Shown here: positions 10,875-22,335 of the stretch, one piece after another
Layout of the letters: each line of letters opens with the position of its first letter
Numbering within the stretch: position 1 is the first letter of the stretch
Source: Oopsacas minuta
Lineage: Eukaryota > Animalia > Porifera
Direction of reading: 5' to 3'
DNA length: 64,000 nt
NCBI GenBank assembly: GCA_024704765.1
Contig: JAKMXF010000199.1
Location: 558,605-622,604 of the forward strand
Made by a program: the position numbers and the translations under genes
Notes under the pieces: generated by a model
What the model was told of the DNA's origin: nothing
The model's input: only the letters and a program-made list of their open reading frames with translations
Databases searched by the model: none

Positions 10875-13712
10875 TCAATTAACAAATCCAATCCTCTTCC
10901 TTTTATCTCTCAATAAAGACATTTTTGATCGCGAAATGAATTTCTTGGTTGTTGTAATTTCAACAATCCTTTGATCATCAGTTTTGGTCATTAATAGACG
11001 GGAATGTTTTCGGCGATTGTAGTTTCTGTATACCATTGGAATACTTGGGAAATCTGAATTTGACCTCTTCTTTTTATTGAACAAGGCTCTCTGTTTATGT
11101 TTACCCTGAAATATGAAATTTGATGATGGTTTAATTACAACTATCCTATCAGGAGTTTTCCTTTCATACATAGGTCTAATCCCATGTATACATTTATCTT
11201 TCATATGATCATTACTACAAATAGGTTCCTTACTCTTATAAACACTTGCCATCGGTACATCAGAAAACCTTCTATGTGATTTTACTGCTAATCGTTTGTG
11301 ACAGTCATAGTATTTTTTACGGTTCTGAATGCAGTGACTTCCACTACCACTACTAACTATCTGACCATCTTCTAATTCAGAAGAGGAATCAGTAGATGAT
11401 TGAGAAGACTTGGGAGAATAAGTTCTTTGAATTTGAGTTGATGTCAATTTGGACGAATGTTCCTCCGAACACAAATCGATACTTGTGATATGTGTTGTTG
11501 GTGAAACCTTTTTAACAGTACTTTGAAGTCTATTTTGGTGCGCATAGCTACAAATTGATTTGTAATCACATCTCTTTGAAAGATATTGATCGTTTGGTGG
11601 CAATGGCGTAAATATAGAACTCTCTGTCCTACTAACGAGTGGGTTTTCGTAGTAGTTAAATTGTTGATTACTTAGTTTTCCACTATCATGCTGACTGATT
11701 GAAATGTTATCATAATCCACTATTGGCTCAACATTTGATAATTCATTGTAATTATTTGAAGAAACACCAGAATTCGCTTTTCGGGTAAATGACGATAATG
11801 AGTGAGATAAAAGGTTGTTAGAATTTGAAACATTATTTAGAAAAGGGACAAATGATAATTTTCGAAGCACTGGATTCGTTGGTGGAGTTTCTGATTTATT
11901 GAGTGGATAATCAGAAGCAAAAGGCAGGAACTCTGAATCCATATTACTTTCTCCTAAATATTTACCAGAATTCGAATCGAGAAAAGAATCATGAAATGGA
12001 CTGCCACTTTTTTCTGATTTTAAGGACTTTGACGATTGGGCGAAGGCATACTCCATCACTGGAGAAATCGATGATCTCATTGGTAAGGTATAAGACTGTT
12101 CAAATTTAGTCGAAAAATCACTTTCAATTTGATCACTTGATGCAAGTGGTAGGACTTCGACACTGTCATTGACTTGTAGAAAATTATCCTTATTCTTGAT
12201 CGTTGGACCAATAAACTCTCCAGAACTTCCTAAGGGTAGAGGGTTGAGGATATTAACTTGAAATTGTTCGTTACAGCAACCTTTCAATTCTTCTCTCTTT
12301 CGATACAAAGATTGTTGAAGATAAAACTCTTTTTCTGATAAAAGAGGATACAAGTGAGAATGAGAAATTGTAGTAGAAACATCTTTATCTGATATCAATA
12401 TTGAGGGTTGGTCAAATTCTTCATTAGGAATATGCGGATCGTTTGTGAAAGTACTACTAATTGATTGTGCATTAGCATTACTGTAGTCAAGAATATTCGA
12501 AACCGGAAGTTGGGTAGCTACAACAGATTTAGAGGTGGAATTATGAAAACTGTAAGAATGTAGATATTGTGGCATTGTCCCGACCCTAGGATCGACAATT
12601 GAAATTTCACACAGCGAATCAGTATGTTTTGGATCATCAATTTTTGATAAGAAATTGTCTTTGGATGGGACATCAATAGTTGAAGGATCTGATGAAAATA
12701 TATCGGAAGTATACTTTTCTACAGCTATCTCAGCCCTGAAAAGCTTAACAGCTTTCCTTAATGGAATATTAGGAATAAGATTATCAGGTAGAATTTCTCC
12801 TCTCCCACATTCTTGAAGTGGGCAACGAAAATTATTTTCAATAATGAAATTTCTGATACACTCATCGCAAAAGCTGTTGCCACAACATTGTATTTTAACT
12901 GCATCAATAAATAATTTATGGCATAGGTTACACTTCAATTCCGTGGGAATGAAATGGAGGGAATTAACATTAGATAACCCAATCTTTGTGGTACTTTTGG
13001 AACGTTTTTCCATGGCGAGCTTGTCAACGATGGGAATCACATAGTCTCCCTTACGATTGACATAAATACCCTCTTTCAAACAGTTCTGATTTATTGATTC
13101 TCCAGGAATTATTTCCAACATTGTTGAAGGAATCCCTTTTGGACGTTTTCTATGAACATTATCCGATTTAGAATTTTTGAGGTATGATAAACATTTGTCT
13201 TTGTGGTGTCCTAATCGTCCACAAGCATAACATCTAATAATATTGTTTATCTTAACTGACTGTTTACTACTCAAATCAAATCCTAAGCTAGCTTGGTCCA
13301 TCATCTTTTGCATTACATAATCTTCAGATTCTTCAATTTTATACAAATCAGCTTCTTGGTTCCCAACATCAATTGTACTGAGTTGGATTCTTTCAGCTAT
13401 ATCCTTTTCTGCACGTTTCTTCTGATTTGCAATAATGACTTTGGAAGAATGATTAGTTTGAGGAGGAGGAATCCTTTTGACAATGACAGAGGTATTCCTT
13501 GGAATCATTTCTGTTTCTTCGAGATATATTTTCTTATTTTGAGCATTTACAATTTCCAATTGAGTATTATTCATACGTTTAGCCAGTAGGATTTTAAATT
13601 TAAGGTCAGAGAGTGAAATATCTAATCCATGAAATTTTACAGCTGAATAGGTTGTAATATTTCCAAATTTAAAATGAATACAGGATTCATAAGACATAGC
13701 TATATAGTTCAA
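10875..13712 (-). CDS. RBBP6: RBBP6/Mpe1-family E3 ubiquitin ligase (mRNA 3'-end processing factor), single-exon ORF of 945 aa
   Basis: N-terminal DWNN domain (CIHFKF...ISLSDLK...IPRNTSVIVKRIP), CCHC knuckle (CYACGRLGHHKDKC) and RING/U-box-like domain (LKCNLCHKLFIDAVKIQCCGNSFCDECIR), followed by a low-complexity Ser-rich, basic tail. The true start may be the ATG at 13697. Confidence 0.93.
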   Translation of the reverse strand: MNYIAMSYESCIHFKFGNITTYSAVKFHGLDISLSDLKFKILLAKRMNNTQLEIVNAQNKKIYLEETEMIPRNTSVIVKRIPPPQTNHSSKVIIANQKKRAEKDIAERIQLSTIDVGNQEADLYKIEESEDYVMQKMMDQASLGFDLSSKQSVKINNIIRCYACGRLGHHKDKCLSYLKNSKSDNVHRKRPKGIPSTMLEIIPGESINQNCLKEGIYVNRKGDYVIPIVDKLAMEKRSKSTTKIGLSNVNSLHFIPTELKCNLCHKLFIDAVKIQCCGNSFCDECIRNFIIENNFRCPLQECGRGEILPDNLIPNIPLRKAVKLFRAEIAVEKYTSDIFSSDPSTIDVPSKDNFLSKIDDPKHTDSLCEISIVDPRVGTMPQYLHSYSFHNSTSKSVVATQLPVSNILDYSNANAQSISSTFTNDPHIPNEEFDQPSILISDKDVSTTISHSHLYPLLSEKEFYLQQSLYRKREELKGCCNEQFQVNILNPLPLGSSGEFIGPTIKNKDNFLQVNDSVEVLPLASSDQIESDFSTKFEQSYTLPMRSSISPVMEYAFAQSSKSLKSEKSGSPFHDSFLDSNSGKYLGESNMDSEFLPFASDYPLNKSETPPTNPVLRKLSFVPFLNNVSNSNNLLSHSLSSFTRKANSGVSSNNYNELSNVEPIVDYDNISISQHDSGKLSNQQFNYYENPLVSRTESSIFTPLPPNDQYLSKRCDYKSICSYAHQNRLQSTVKKVSPTTHITSIDLCSEEHSSKLTSTQIQRTYSPKSSQSSTDSSSELEDGQIVSSGSGSHCIQNRKKYYDCHKRLAVKSHRRFSDVPMASVYKSKEPICSNDHMKDKCIHGIRPMYERKTPDRIVVIKPSSNFIFQGKHKQRALFNKKKRSNSDFPSIPMVYRNYNRRKHSRLLMTKTDDQRIVEITTTKKFISRSKMSLLRDKRKRIGFVN

Positions 13713-15466
13713 AAAATCAAAACAGTAAAAAACAATTCCAAAAAATTAATATATCAAAGGTTCCTGCTCGCTTGGCCCAGTGGTGGCGGAGGTGAAAAGC
13801 GTTTTGAAGAGTTGAACAACGCCACCAAAATGCTTAGTACAAAACTTTACCAAAATAGGTAAAAATGCCTGGAGTTACTCTTGTGGCATTTTACGTGACA
13901 AAAACATACAGTAACTCATGGGGCCATTTTTAGTCACTTACACCTTAAGTTACTCAAGTCACGATATACGATCATTTATTGCCACATCGGCGCTCCTACA
14001 TGGGGGATTTTACGCGGTTTGGGTTTTACCCCTAATATGCCTATATATATATATTTAAAAACTCCAAAGAGTTATAGCCAGAATAACCTAAATAGGCCTG
14101 TCACTGGAATAATGCATTAAAACAACCTAGGAATGCATATATTGTTGATACTTAGTTTATGCACGCTTTTTACTCAACTCTTTCATGTCCATTTGTTTGC
14201 TATTCAGTGTGTTACATTGTAGCAAACTAATGAACATGGAAGAGTGTGAACACTTAGCTGGGCAATTAAGAATATGATAATTATAGACTACAGACTATAC
14301 CATATATTTATTGACCGGCCGTAACCTTAAATTATCCCTCTATTCTCCAGTCCAGTCTAATACAAATATGGTACGCGCAATGATGTACCGCTAAATTGGT
14401 CCCTTCTACCCCCTTTTCATTCAGGTTGGCAAGAATGAGGTTGACACAGCAAGACCCCGAGAAAAGATTAGCCAGTGCGAAGCTAAAGTAGGAAATTTTG
14501 GATAGCTATTATAATACTGGTGGCATTGTTCGCCTGGAACAAACGTGCGGGGTCAAATGTCTATACTAGGCCAACTTGAGGAATTGAAGTCAGTTTTCAA
14601 ATATAAAATTTCTCATCATAACGAAGTTTCAATTTTATCCGATATTTGAGCACATTACAAATGTTGGGAATGTAAGATTGTGCAATTGTATAGAAAAATC
14701 TCCACCCAGGACAAATATAGTATGAAACTTTGGTCCTAGTGATCGAATTCCCATGTAAACTGGTTGTAGAACCAAAATTCCATGGAAAAATGGTCCTAGG
14801 ACCAAATTTGCAAGAAGAGTTTAGTATATATTGTTCTGGTGTAACTTGCACTAGTTAAACACAATTCCATTAGGAGGGATTAGGGTCTTTATTTGGAACA
14901 TTTAGGATGTTCAAATAGGGGAAATTTGTACAAGTTCCGCCTTGTAATTACACATTCCCCACCAAGATTGAAAATTAAATTTGTTGATTCTGGCAATAAC
15001 GGTGTGAAGAGTACACATAAAAGGCCTATGTCTTGATTTCGGCCATAAGGCTGTAGAGGGTAAACATAAATAGACATAATTCGGTGATTCTATCCATAAG
15101 GCTATGGATAGTAACTGCTTTTATCGAAGTTACATAATTGTGATAATATGCTTCATAACGAATCTGCATGTATTGTGTAACGCCAGCTACATTGACTCGG
15201 TATATTTCGAGTTAATTATCGCTTTCCCACAAAACCTTCAAATAAAATATACAAATCAAGTTTAAAACGACAAAAATTGTCGATCTTTTCTACTAACATG
15301 GTATTTAGTGGGATCCTCTGGACATGACTTAATTATAATAGTCAGTTGACTCTGTTTTCCTCAAAAGCGGGACAATTTAATGTAGTACGATTTATTCTAA
15401 TATAACATAAAATGTATGATCATTTAGTGTCATGTCAGATAAAATCGGGACAACTAGCCAGATATA

Positions 15467-17517
15467 CAGTAGAACCTCCCTAAGTGGGGTGTCTGGGAAG
15501 CACTGCTAAAATTTTGCACCCCACTTTGGGAAATACCCCACTTCTGACAATAATTTAAAAAAATTTCATTAAGTGTTGTTCTAGATTTTATATGATTTAT
15601 GGCTACTGTTCATAAAACTCAACTAAGTTTAAAGAGGAAGGTCGAAATTGCACAGGATCTATCTAAAGGAATGACCCAGTTAGATGCTGTAAAAAAGTAC
15701 AAGGCCTCCAAAGGTACTGTGTCTAGGATTGGCAAGGAAAAGGAACGATGGGTAGCTATTAATTTTGAAACACTAGATAGTGCTCCTCGCAAAGGTACGG
15801 AAAGAAAGCGTATAGTCAAGGTTAAGACTATTGATCTGGATGACAAACTTGTTGAGTATATCGTGAGAGCCCGAGATTTAAATGCTATTGTAACTGGTCC
15901 AATTATACAAAATATTGCCACAATGATTTCGAAGAAGCTGCCCAATTTAGATGGTTTTAGTGCCTCTAATGGCTGGTTAGAAAGGTTCCGAAGCCGCAAT
16001 AGAATTGTAAGTAGAGCTCTCCAAGGAGAAAGAGCGTCAGCTCCCATGAATGCTGTTGAGGAATTCAAGAAGATATTACCTACTCTCCTTAAAGGTTATG
16101 ACAAAAAAGATGTCCTAAATGGTGACGAGGTTGGTCTTTATTGGGAACAAAGTGGAAAAAGAACATTGCTTCAGCAAGGCACAGACCCTGCAGGAAGTAA
16201 AGTCAGCAAGAAGAGGATTACTGTGTTCATTGTTGCTGCTATGGATGGACATATGGAGCAAATGATTGTTATTAATCAGTATTCAAAACCAAGAGCATTC
16301 TCTAGAATTCACTACGACACTAATAAACTCCCGGCATGCATGCAATGGAAAACGACTCCCAAAGGATGGATGAATTCTACTATTTTCAAGGAGTGGCTTT
16401 TATATTTAAATACAACAATTGAAACACAGAAACGGAATGTCTTGCTCTTTCTTGATAATTTTTCCGGTCATGAATGTGGATTCGAATTAGCAAAGGAACA
16501 TCTAACCCATGTCCGTGTTGAATGGTTACCACCGAATTGTACATCTCTGTTACAACCTATCGATCAAGGGATCGGTAACGCTTTGAAAATTAGATATCGT
16601 AAATACCTCCATGAACACATGTCTAAGATGATTTTCATCGATAAACATCCCATGGAAGGCGTCGATATGTTGCGTGCATGTGTATGGCTTGGTAGGGTTT
16701 GGAATTCTTTACACAATACATCCACTGTTTCTCGTTGTTTTGAGAAAGCTGGTTTCCGCTTTGAATCAGATAATGAAATCATTCCAGATCTAATTTCAGA
16801 TATTGTAAATCATGATGAGCAGGATATCCTAGATCAAGAAGTTTTAATAGCTGGTCCACCTGCAGTTGTAGACGCTGATCAAGTTCTAGAAATGATTGAG
16901 TTGTTCGATGCTAAAGAAAATCAAGTTAGAAATGCCGAAGAACAGGATGACAGTGGTGCTAAACCTGAAATTGAAATAAATGAAGAACAGGTAGACCTAG
17001 AACTAGGTAGTCGTCCAATAAGTACAAAAGAAGCCATGTTGCGTTTATCTGAACTCGAAAAGTATTTTGAACACAAAGGAATGGATGATGAAGTAGCATG
17101 GGTTATCTCAGTTCAAGACAAAATCCTGGAAAGGGTACAGGCTAATCTGATTCAACCATCAATTGACGTTTATCTGTTGAAGAAGAATAATGAAAATTAA
17201 GTGGTATAGGAAGGATACTATCCAAGTATTGAATTACTTTTAGCATATAGTAGTGATATTTTATGATATATATTCACCCCACTTAGGTACCCCGCTTTGG
17301 GAAATACCCCATTTTGGTACCCCACTTTGGGAATACAAAATGTAAATTTTGTATACAATATTGTTTAAAATTTCAGCAGGCGCACCCCAAACCCCACTTC
17401 AGATAAAAACCCCACTTTGGGAGGTTCATTTAGTGTAGTTTACTAAACACACCAATTGTACACCCCACTTTAGGCAGCACCCCACTTTGGGAGGCCCCAC
17501 TTTGGGAGGTTCTACTG
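15467..17517 (+). mobile_element. pogo-superfamily transposon, full length
   Basis: TA-flanked 23-bp TIRs CAGTAGAACCTCCC(T/A)AAGTGGGG with one mismatch, and many subterminal CCCCACTTTGGGA-like motifs at both ends. Confidence 0.95.
15599..17200 (+). CDS. Intact pogo transposase (CENP-B-type HTH, Tc5 HTH, DDE_1; DD35D)
   Basis: Uninterrupted 533-aa ORF with FSASNGWLERFR, LNGDEVGLYW, LFLDNFSGH and LQPIDQGI; 35 residues between the second and third D. Confidence 0.93.
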   Translation: MATVHKTQLSLKRKVEIAQDLSKGMTQLDAVKKYKASKGTVSRIGKEKERWVAINFETLDSAPRKGTERKRIVKVKTIDLDDKLVEYIVRARDLNAIVTGPIIQNIATMISKKLPNLDGFSASNGWLERFRSRNRIVSRALQGERASAPMNAVEEFKKILPTLLKGYDKKDVLNGDEVGLYWEQSGKRTLLQQGTDPAGSKVSKKRITVFIVAAMDGHMEQMIVINQYSKPRAFSRIHYDTNKLPACMQWKTTPKGWMNSTIFKEWLLYLNTTIETQKRNVLLFLDNFSGHECGFELAKEHLTHVRVEWLPPNCTSLLQPIDQGIGNALKIRYRKYLHEHMSKMIFIDKHPMEGVDMLRACVWLGRVWNSLHNTSTVSRCFEKAGFRFESDNEIIPDLISDIVNHDEQDILDQEVLIAGPPAVVDADQVLEMIELFDAKENQVRNAEEQDDSGAKPEIEINEEQVDLELGSRPISTKEAMLRLSELEKYFEHKGMDDEVAWVISVQDKILERVQANLIQPSIDVYLLKKNNEN

Positions 17518-17527
17518 TAGATAGTTG

Positions 17528-18048
17528 CAGGGCCGTAGTCAATGGTCAGGTGGTCAAGTTAACCTGAGCACTCAGTCAGGTTGGTCGGGTTATGGTCCGG
17601 TTACATCTAATTGTTAATTAACAGTATTTAACCAGTCCCGAGCATAGGAATGTAGTAAACTCTTAGTTAACACGCTTTTCTTGTATTTATTTGAGACATA
17701 CGTTGGCTATATTCCGACATACTATTGACCCGATCTCAACACGTAACTACTATCTGAGATTGATTTAGATTCTTCTGGCGTTCTGAGTTTACTTTTAACC
17801 CAACTCTGGAAGAATATTTTAAAAGATCATTGACTTAGAATTTTAGCCTTGGCTAGAGTCACACTTTTATATTATATTTCAGGGCCGTAGCCATCGGTCC
17901 GGTTGGTCAGGTTTCAACCTGACCGATTTTGCTACCAGATTTCCCAATAATTCACAAACTGGTCCAGTTGTACAAGTTAACCTGACCATAATGCTTTGTT
18001 TGTGCTGTATTCAACCGGACCACTTCTATTTTCATGGCTACGACCCTG
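17528..18048. mobile_element. Non-autonomous hAT-like element with a duplicated left end
   Basis: CAGGGCCGTAG at 17528 and 17880, the reverse complement end ctacgaccctg at 18048, and internal ggtcagg/aacctgacc motifs. No TSD found. Confidence 0.5.
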
Positions 18049-18336
18049 CAGTTGGCAAGATTGAAATACCCTTCTGAATCAGCGTAATCACTATTAGGGA
18101 GCCAAAAGGTAGGAGGGCTATATCCCCCAGCTACCGTGGTTCCGCCACTCTTGTTCCCTCTATAGTTTTATTGCCAGAATCACCTTAAATAAGCCTACTT
18201 ATGTTTATTTCGATATAACCGAGATTGACCGTAATGATAATCCTGCAAAATTACTTTAAGAAATGATGGAAGACAATAGATGACAAAAATATTTGGGACT
18301 GTTGAAGGACTTCAACATTTGGGAACTCAGTATATA

Positions 18337-19648
18337 CAGGGTGGCTTTTAAGTTCTGTCCCATGATTTATGAGAACCATTTTTCCATGCTGAGTCTTTGC
18401 TATTAGATATATCTTATTAGTTTACCTTATTCTACTGTATTTAACATAAATATACAGTTTCAGAGTACAATTGTAGAGAAATTTCAATTTTATTAGTGAT
18501 GGAACGTGAGAGGTCGGCAATTGTAGAATTATTTACAAAAGGACATCCTTCAAGGGAAATTTTGAAGATCCTGAAACTCCCTCTAAACAGAAGGAAATTT
18601 GTATACCGCACTATTAGGCGATACAAGGATACTGGAAAAGTTGAAGATAGGGCGAGATCAGGCCGTCCGTGCTCAGTAACCACCCCCAGCTTAGGGAAAG
18701 TCATCGCCCAGCGAATTCGCCGAAATCCTAGACGTTCCATAAGGAAAATGGCTCTAGATCTGAAAGTATCAAGATGTGCAATGACTAAAACTGTGAAAAG
18801 GGATTTAGGGATGAGTTCATTCAAGCGTAAGAAGGTACACTTCCTTTCTCAATTGGTAAAGGAAAAAAGGGTTGCAAGATGCAAAGGTGCGTTGGGCCGG
18901 TACGCTGTTGAAAATCTAGAAAAAATATTATTTTCAGATGAGAAAATATTCACTATCCAGGAGGCAACCAATGTACAAAATGATCGTATACTTGCATCAT
19001 CTCTTTCCAAAGTCGACGAGAAGTTCAGATATGTTAGCCGAATACAGAACCCTAAGTCGGTGATGGTTTGGGCAGGGGTGTCAAAAATGGGCCGGACACC
19101 ATTGGTTTTTGTACCACAAGGGGTAAAAATCAATTCAATTAATTATCGAGAAATGGTTTTGGAGCCAGTATTGAAGAATATAGGCCGAGACATGTTCGGA
19201 GGTACTTCATTTGTTTTCCAGCAAGACGGGGCGCCAGCACACACTTCTAATGTTACCCAGTCATGGTTACATGACAATTTTCCTGGTTTTATAACCAAGG
19301 AAGAATGGCCTTCTTACAGTCCTGACCTGAATCCATGGATTATTCTGTGTGGTCAATTCTCGAGACGAAAGCTTGTGTTAACTCTCACACAAGTATCAAG
19401 TCACTGAAGAGGAAACTTTGCCAAGAGTGGAATAAAATTCCCCAAAAAACCCTCCGTGCTGCTATTGAGGCCTTGCCAGATCGAATTACACGTGTAATAC
19501 AAAATGAGGGAGGCTATATTGAATAAAATTCGCGAAATATGTTTTGTCTCTGAATCATAAATTAGAGCAATAAATATCATTACCAAGCTATATATATATA
19601 TTGATAAATAATAGTTTTTGCATGGGACAGAACTTAAAAGCCACCCTG
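18337..19648 (+). mobile_element. maT/DD37D element, near intact
   Basis: Perfect 28-bp TIRs CAGGGTGGCTTTTAAGTTCTGTCCCATG, TA-flanked, 1312 bp long. Confidence 0.95.
18496..19526 (+). pseudogene. DD37D transposase with a single frameshift near 19335
   Basis: Motifs FSDEKIF, VMVWAGVS and FQQDGAPAH. gacctgaatccatggat lacks one base of DLNPMDY; the C-terminus continues in ORF 19335-19526. Confidence 0.9.
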
Positions 19649-19838
19649 TAGATGAAATGTGTATACTCAATGTAGTATGTATGCCCTGGAGTGGCTAATA
19701 TAAAAAATTGCTCCGGGTTGCTCGCAACTCCAGGCATAGTATGTGTACTAGCATACAAGGTATTCAAGGGATTGATACTAGGCTTGGTAGCAAGCCCTAG
19801 CACTCCCTAGATACACCTAGGCATGTATACATTTTCTA

Positions 19839-19984
19839 CAGTTGAACCTCTTAGGTAGAGGCAGTCGGGCGGCGAAAATTATGATATGATATTCATATAT
19901 AAGAAGCGCACAAAGATGTGATCAAATTTACCCCGCGTATAGAGGTCACTATTTATATAAACCTCACTAATTGAGGTTGTACTG
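19839..19984. mobile_element. pogo-type MITE
   Basis: TA-flanked cagttgaacctc / gaggttgtactg ends. A matching CAGTACAACCTC end occurs at 52020. Confidence 0.55.
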
Positions 19985-20436
19985 TAAGAATATTATATTG
20001 TAGTAAATCTGGAAGGGAAACATAAAATAATCCCATTTTGGTGAAAAGCCCAACTCGTGTAGAATCCTCCCATATACGAGAACAGCTGTGTCAATAAATA
20101 TGTAAACCGATTGGTTGCGTGAAATAGTGCCAAGGGTAACTCTTAGGTGGAAGTAACGTATAATCATCCGCAAGAGAAACTCTAGGCAGTTAAAACAATT
20201 TGACGTAAAGTATGTACGACCTAAAATGATGTTAAATATTTGTGATTTGGAGGATCTTAAGACAAAGAAACGCTCTACCTTTGTCAAATATTTGTTCAGG
20301 GATTACAGTAAATGAGGAATTGATTGAGACTACTTAGCAAGTTCGGTACAACTATAGTGTTGGCCGGGATGGTATTTCTCAAATCTACCCTAGGGCTAAT
20401 TTTGAATAATGAATATAAAACATTAGAGTACTACTT

Positions 20437-21628
20437 AGGGCATTCAAAAAGTTCCCATCTTTGTTTAATATCTTGACACTCCAACAACTTACTAATCAAA
20501 TTTCTACATAATATGTTCAAATACTCCCCCTCTACATTTATGCACAGTTGTAGCCTTCCCTCCACTTCGAAAATGTTTCTTATACTCGTCTCTGTCCACT
20601 GAATTTGAGGTAGCGGTAAATCCTGTTTCCTAGCTCTTTTCGGGTATGAAATAGCCGTCTTCTGAGACTTTTTTCAGCTCAGGAAATAGCCAGAAAGAAC
20701 AAGGTGATTGATCTGGGTATTACGGAGGATGTTGCATCGTTTCAAGCCCAATCTCCTCAATGACTTCACTAACATATTTTGAAACACGAAGTCTGGAATT
20801 ATCTTGGAGAAGTTTGATTCCTCGAGTTCATGGACGCTTAAATCGTGTTTTATAGACATTCTCGATTCCTCTCAGGCATGTATCTACAGAATTGTCCTTT
20901 GAGTCGTTCTCTTTTAGGCACAGGCATTTGAGCCACTGGCCGATACGCGTCAAAAAATATGCTGTAGAGAACTTTATCGTTTCGGGGTCCAGAATTGGCT
21001 TTTCGGAAGGTTAAGAACCTTTTGGGAGCTACGATTTGCTTTGTTCCTTAAGCGGAGGTTCGGAAAATGTAATCACAGATTCATCACCAGTAACGACTTC
21101 ATAATAACTTCGAGAATATCAATCTCGATATTCTTCAAGCAATTTTTCGCGCGCATGAAACCTTTTTTCTTTTACAACTTTGTGCGATTTTGGAATCCAT
21201 CGCGCTGAAATCTTTCGATATTCGAGATAATCGTGTATAATTGTATGAAAACTTCCCGATGAGAAGTCCGGGATTAGGGCAATCTCTTCACCTTCAAATG
21301 GGGATCAATATCCAATAGTTCCAGAAATTAAGAGGTAAGAAATTAAGACTCATGTATCTGGAGTGTTTTGTGGCCGAGAACGGTACGAATCTCTATGTAA
21401 GTTCGTTGTTCGGTTTTGCTTGATATATGTTTTGAAGCCATGAAAAAGTTGACTCTCGAAAAATAGGGATAATGAAAGTAGGATAGATCAAGAATATAAG
21501 AGCTAGAATGAATGCTTAACAGCATCAATAAAGTAATCGTAAGGACTATTAGGATATATTATGCATTCCATGCAATCGAGTAGCGTTTGGCTGCTATAAC
21601 TAAGGATGGGAACTTTATGAATTCCCCA
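20437..21628 (-). mobile_element. Degraded mariner element
   Basis: TIR pair agggcattcaaaaagttcccatc / gatgggaactttatgaattcccc. Minus-strand fragments EQRTYIEIRTVLGH, SARWIP, EVVTGDES, QHPP*YPDQSPCSFWLFPELKK and INVEGEY. Confidence 0.8.
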
Positions 21629-22335
21629 AGGAATCGGACACAATAGGAAAAAATAAGCCAATGTCTATAGGGAAATTTTCCAACTTGAGTTATGCCGAAT
21701 TGTGCTCAGATGACTATGTTGTGTGTAATAGCATTATTTGTGCATACTCACATGCTCAGCTCTCTATACTGTAATCAACGAAGTAAAACTCATTGCGAAA
21801 AAATCAATACAACGAAAATATGATGATCATCCTCAATTCTCATAGTGCATCGGCTTTAGGCGAGGAAATTTTGGTCCACCTTTATTCACATGGGATGCAA
21901 GGTATTAAGTTTGCAGGGCATCGAAGGAAGTAGGTCGATATCTAGAAATTAACATTTCCGACGATAGGAATTAGGGGACATTAGGCTAATATGGATAAAG
22001 GATTTATTATCTGATGAAACATGCTTGATTTAAATACAAATAACCTGTAAAAATTTGGCGTAGGTACTGAAAATGATAGTATTGATTTATTGCCATCAAA
22101 AGTCCACAATCCAATGTTTGCAGCGAATAAATATATGGCAGGAATTTTTTGGTTACATGCTCATTAATAAACGATACTAAATCCGATTTGGTAAATGTGA
22201 TATTCAAATAATAGTATCCTTTACAAGTACAGGCAGCCCTCACCGTTCGCGGTTTTCCCTACCACATCTGCAATTTGATAGATAAGTTGAATTGTTAAAT
22301 ATTTACTGTATTTTCTATTACCACCATATCTATTG

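Noticed and set aside
15619-16782. Antisense ORFs 15619-16068 and 16564-16782
   Set aside because: They are shadows of the pogo transposase with no independent motifs.
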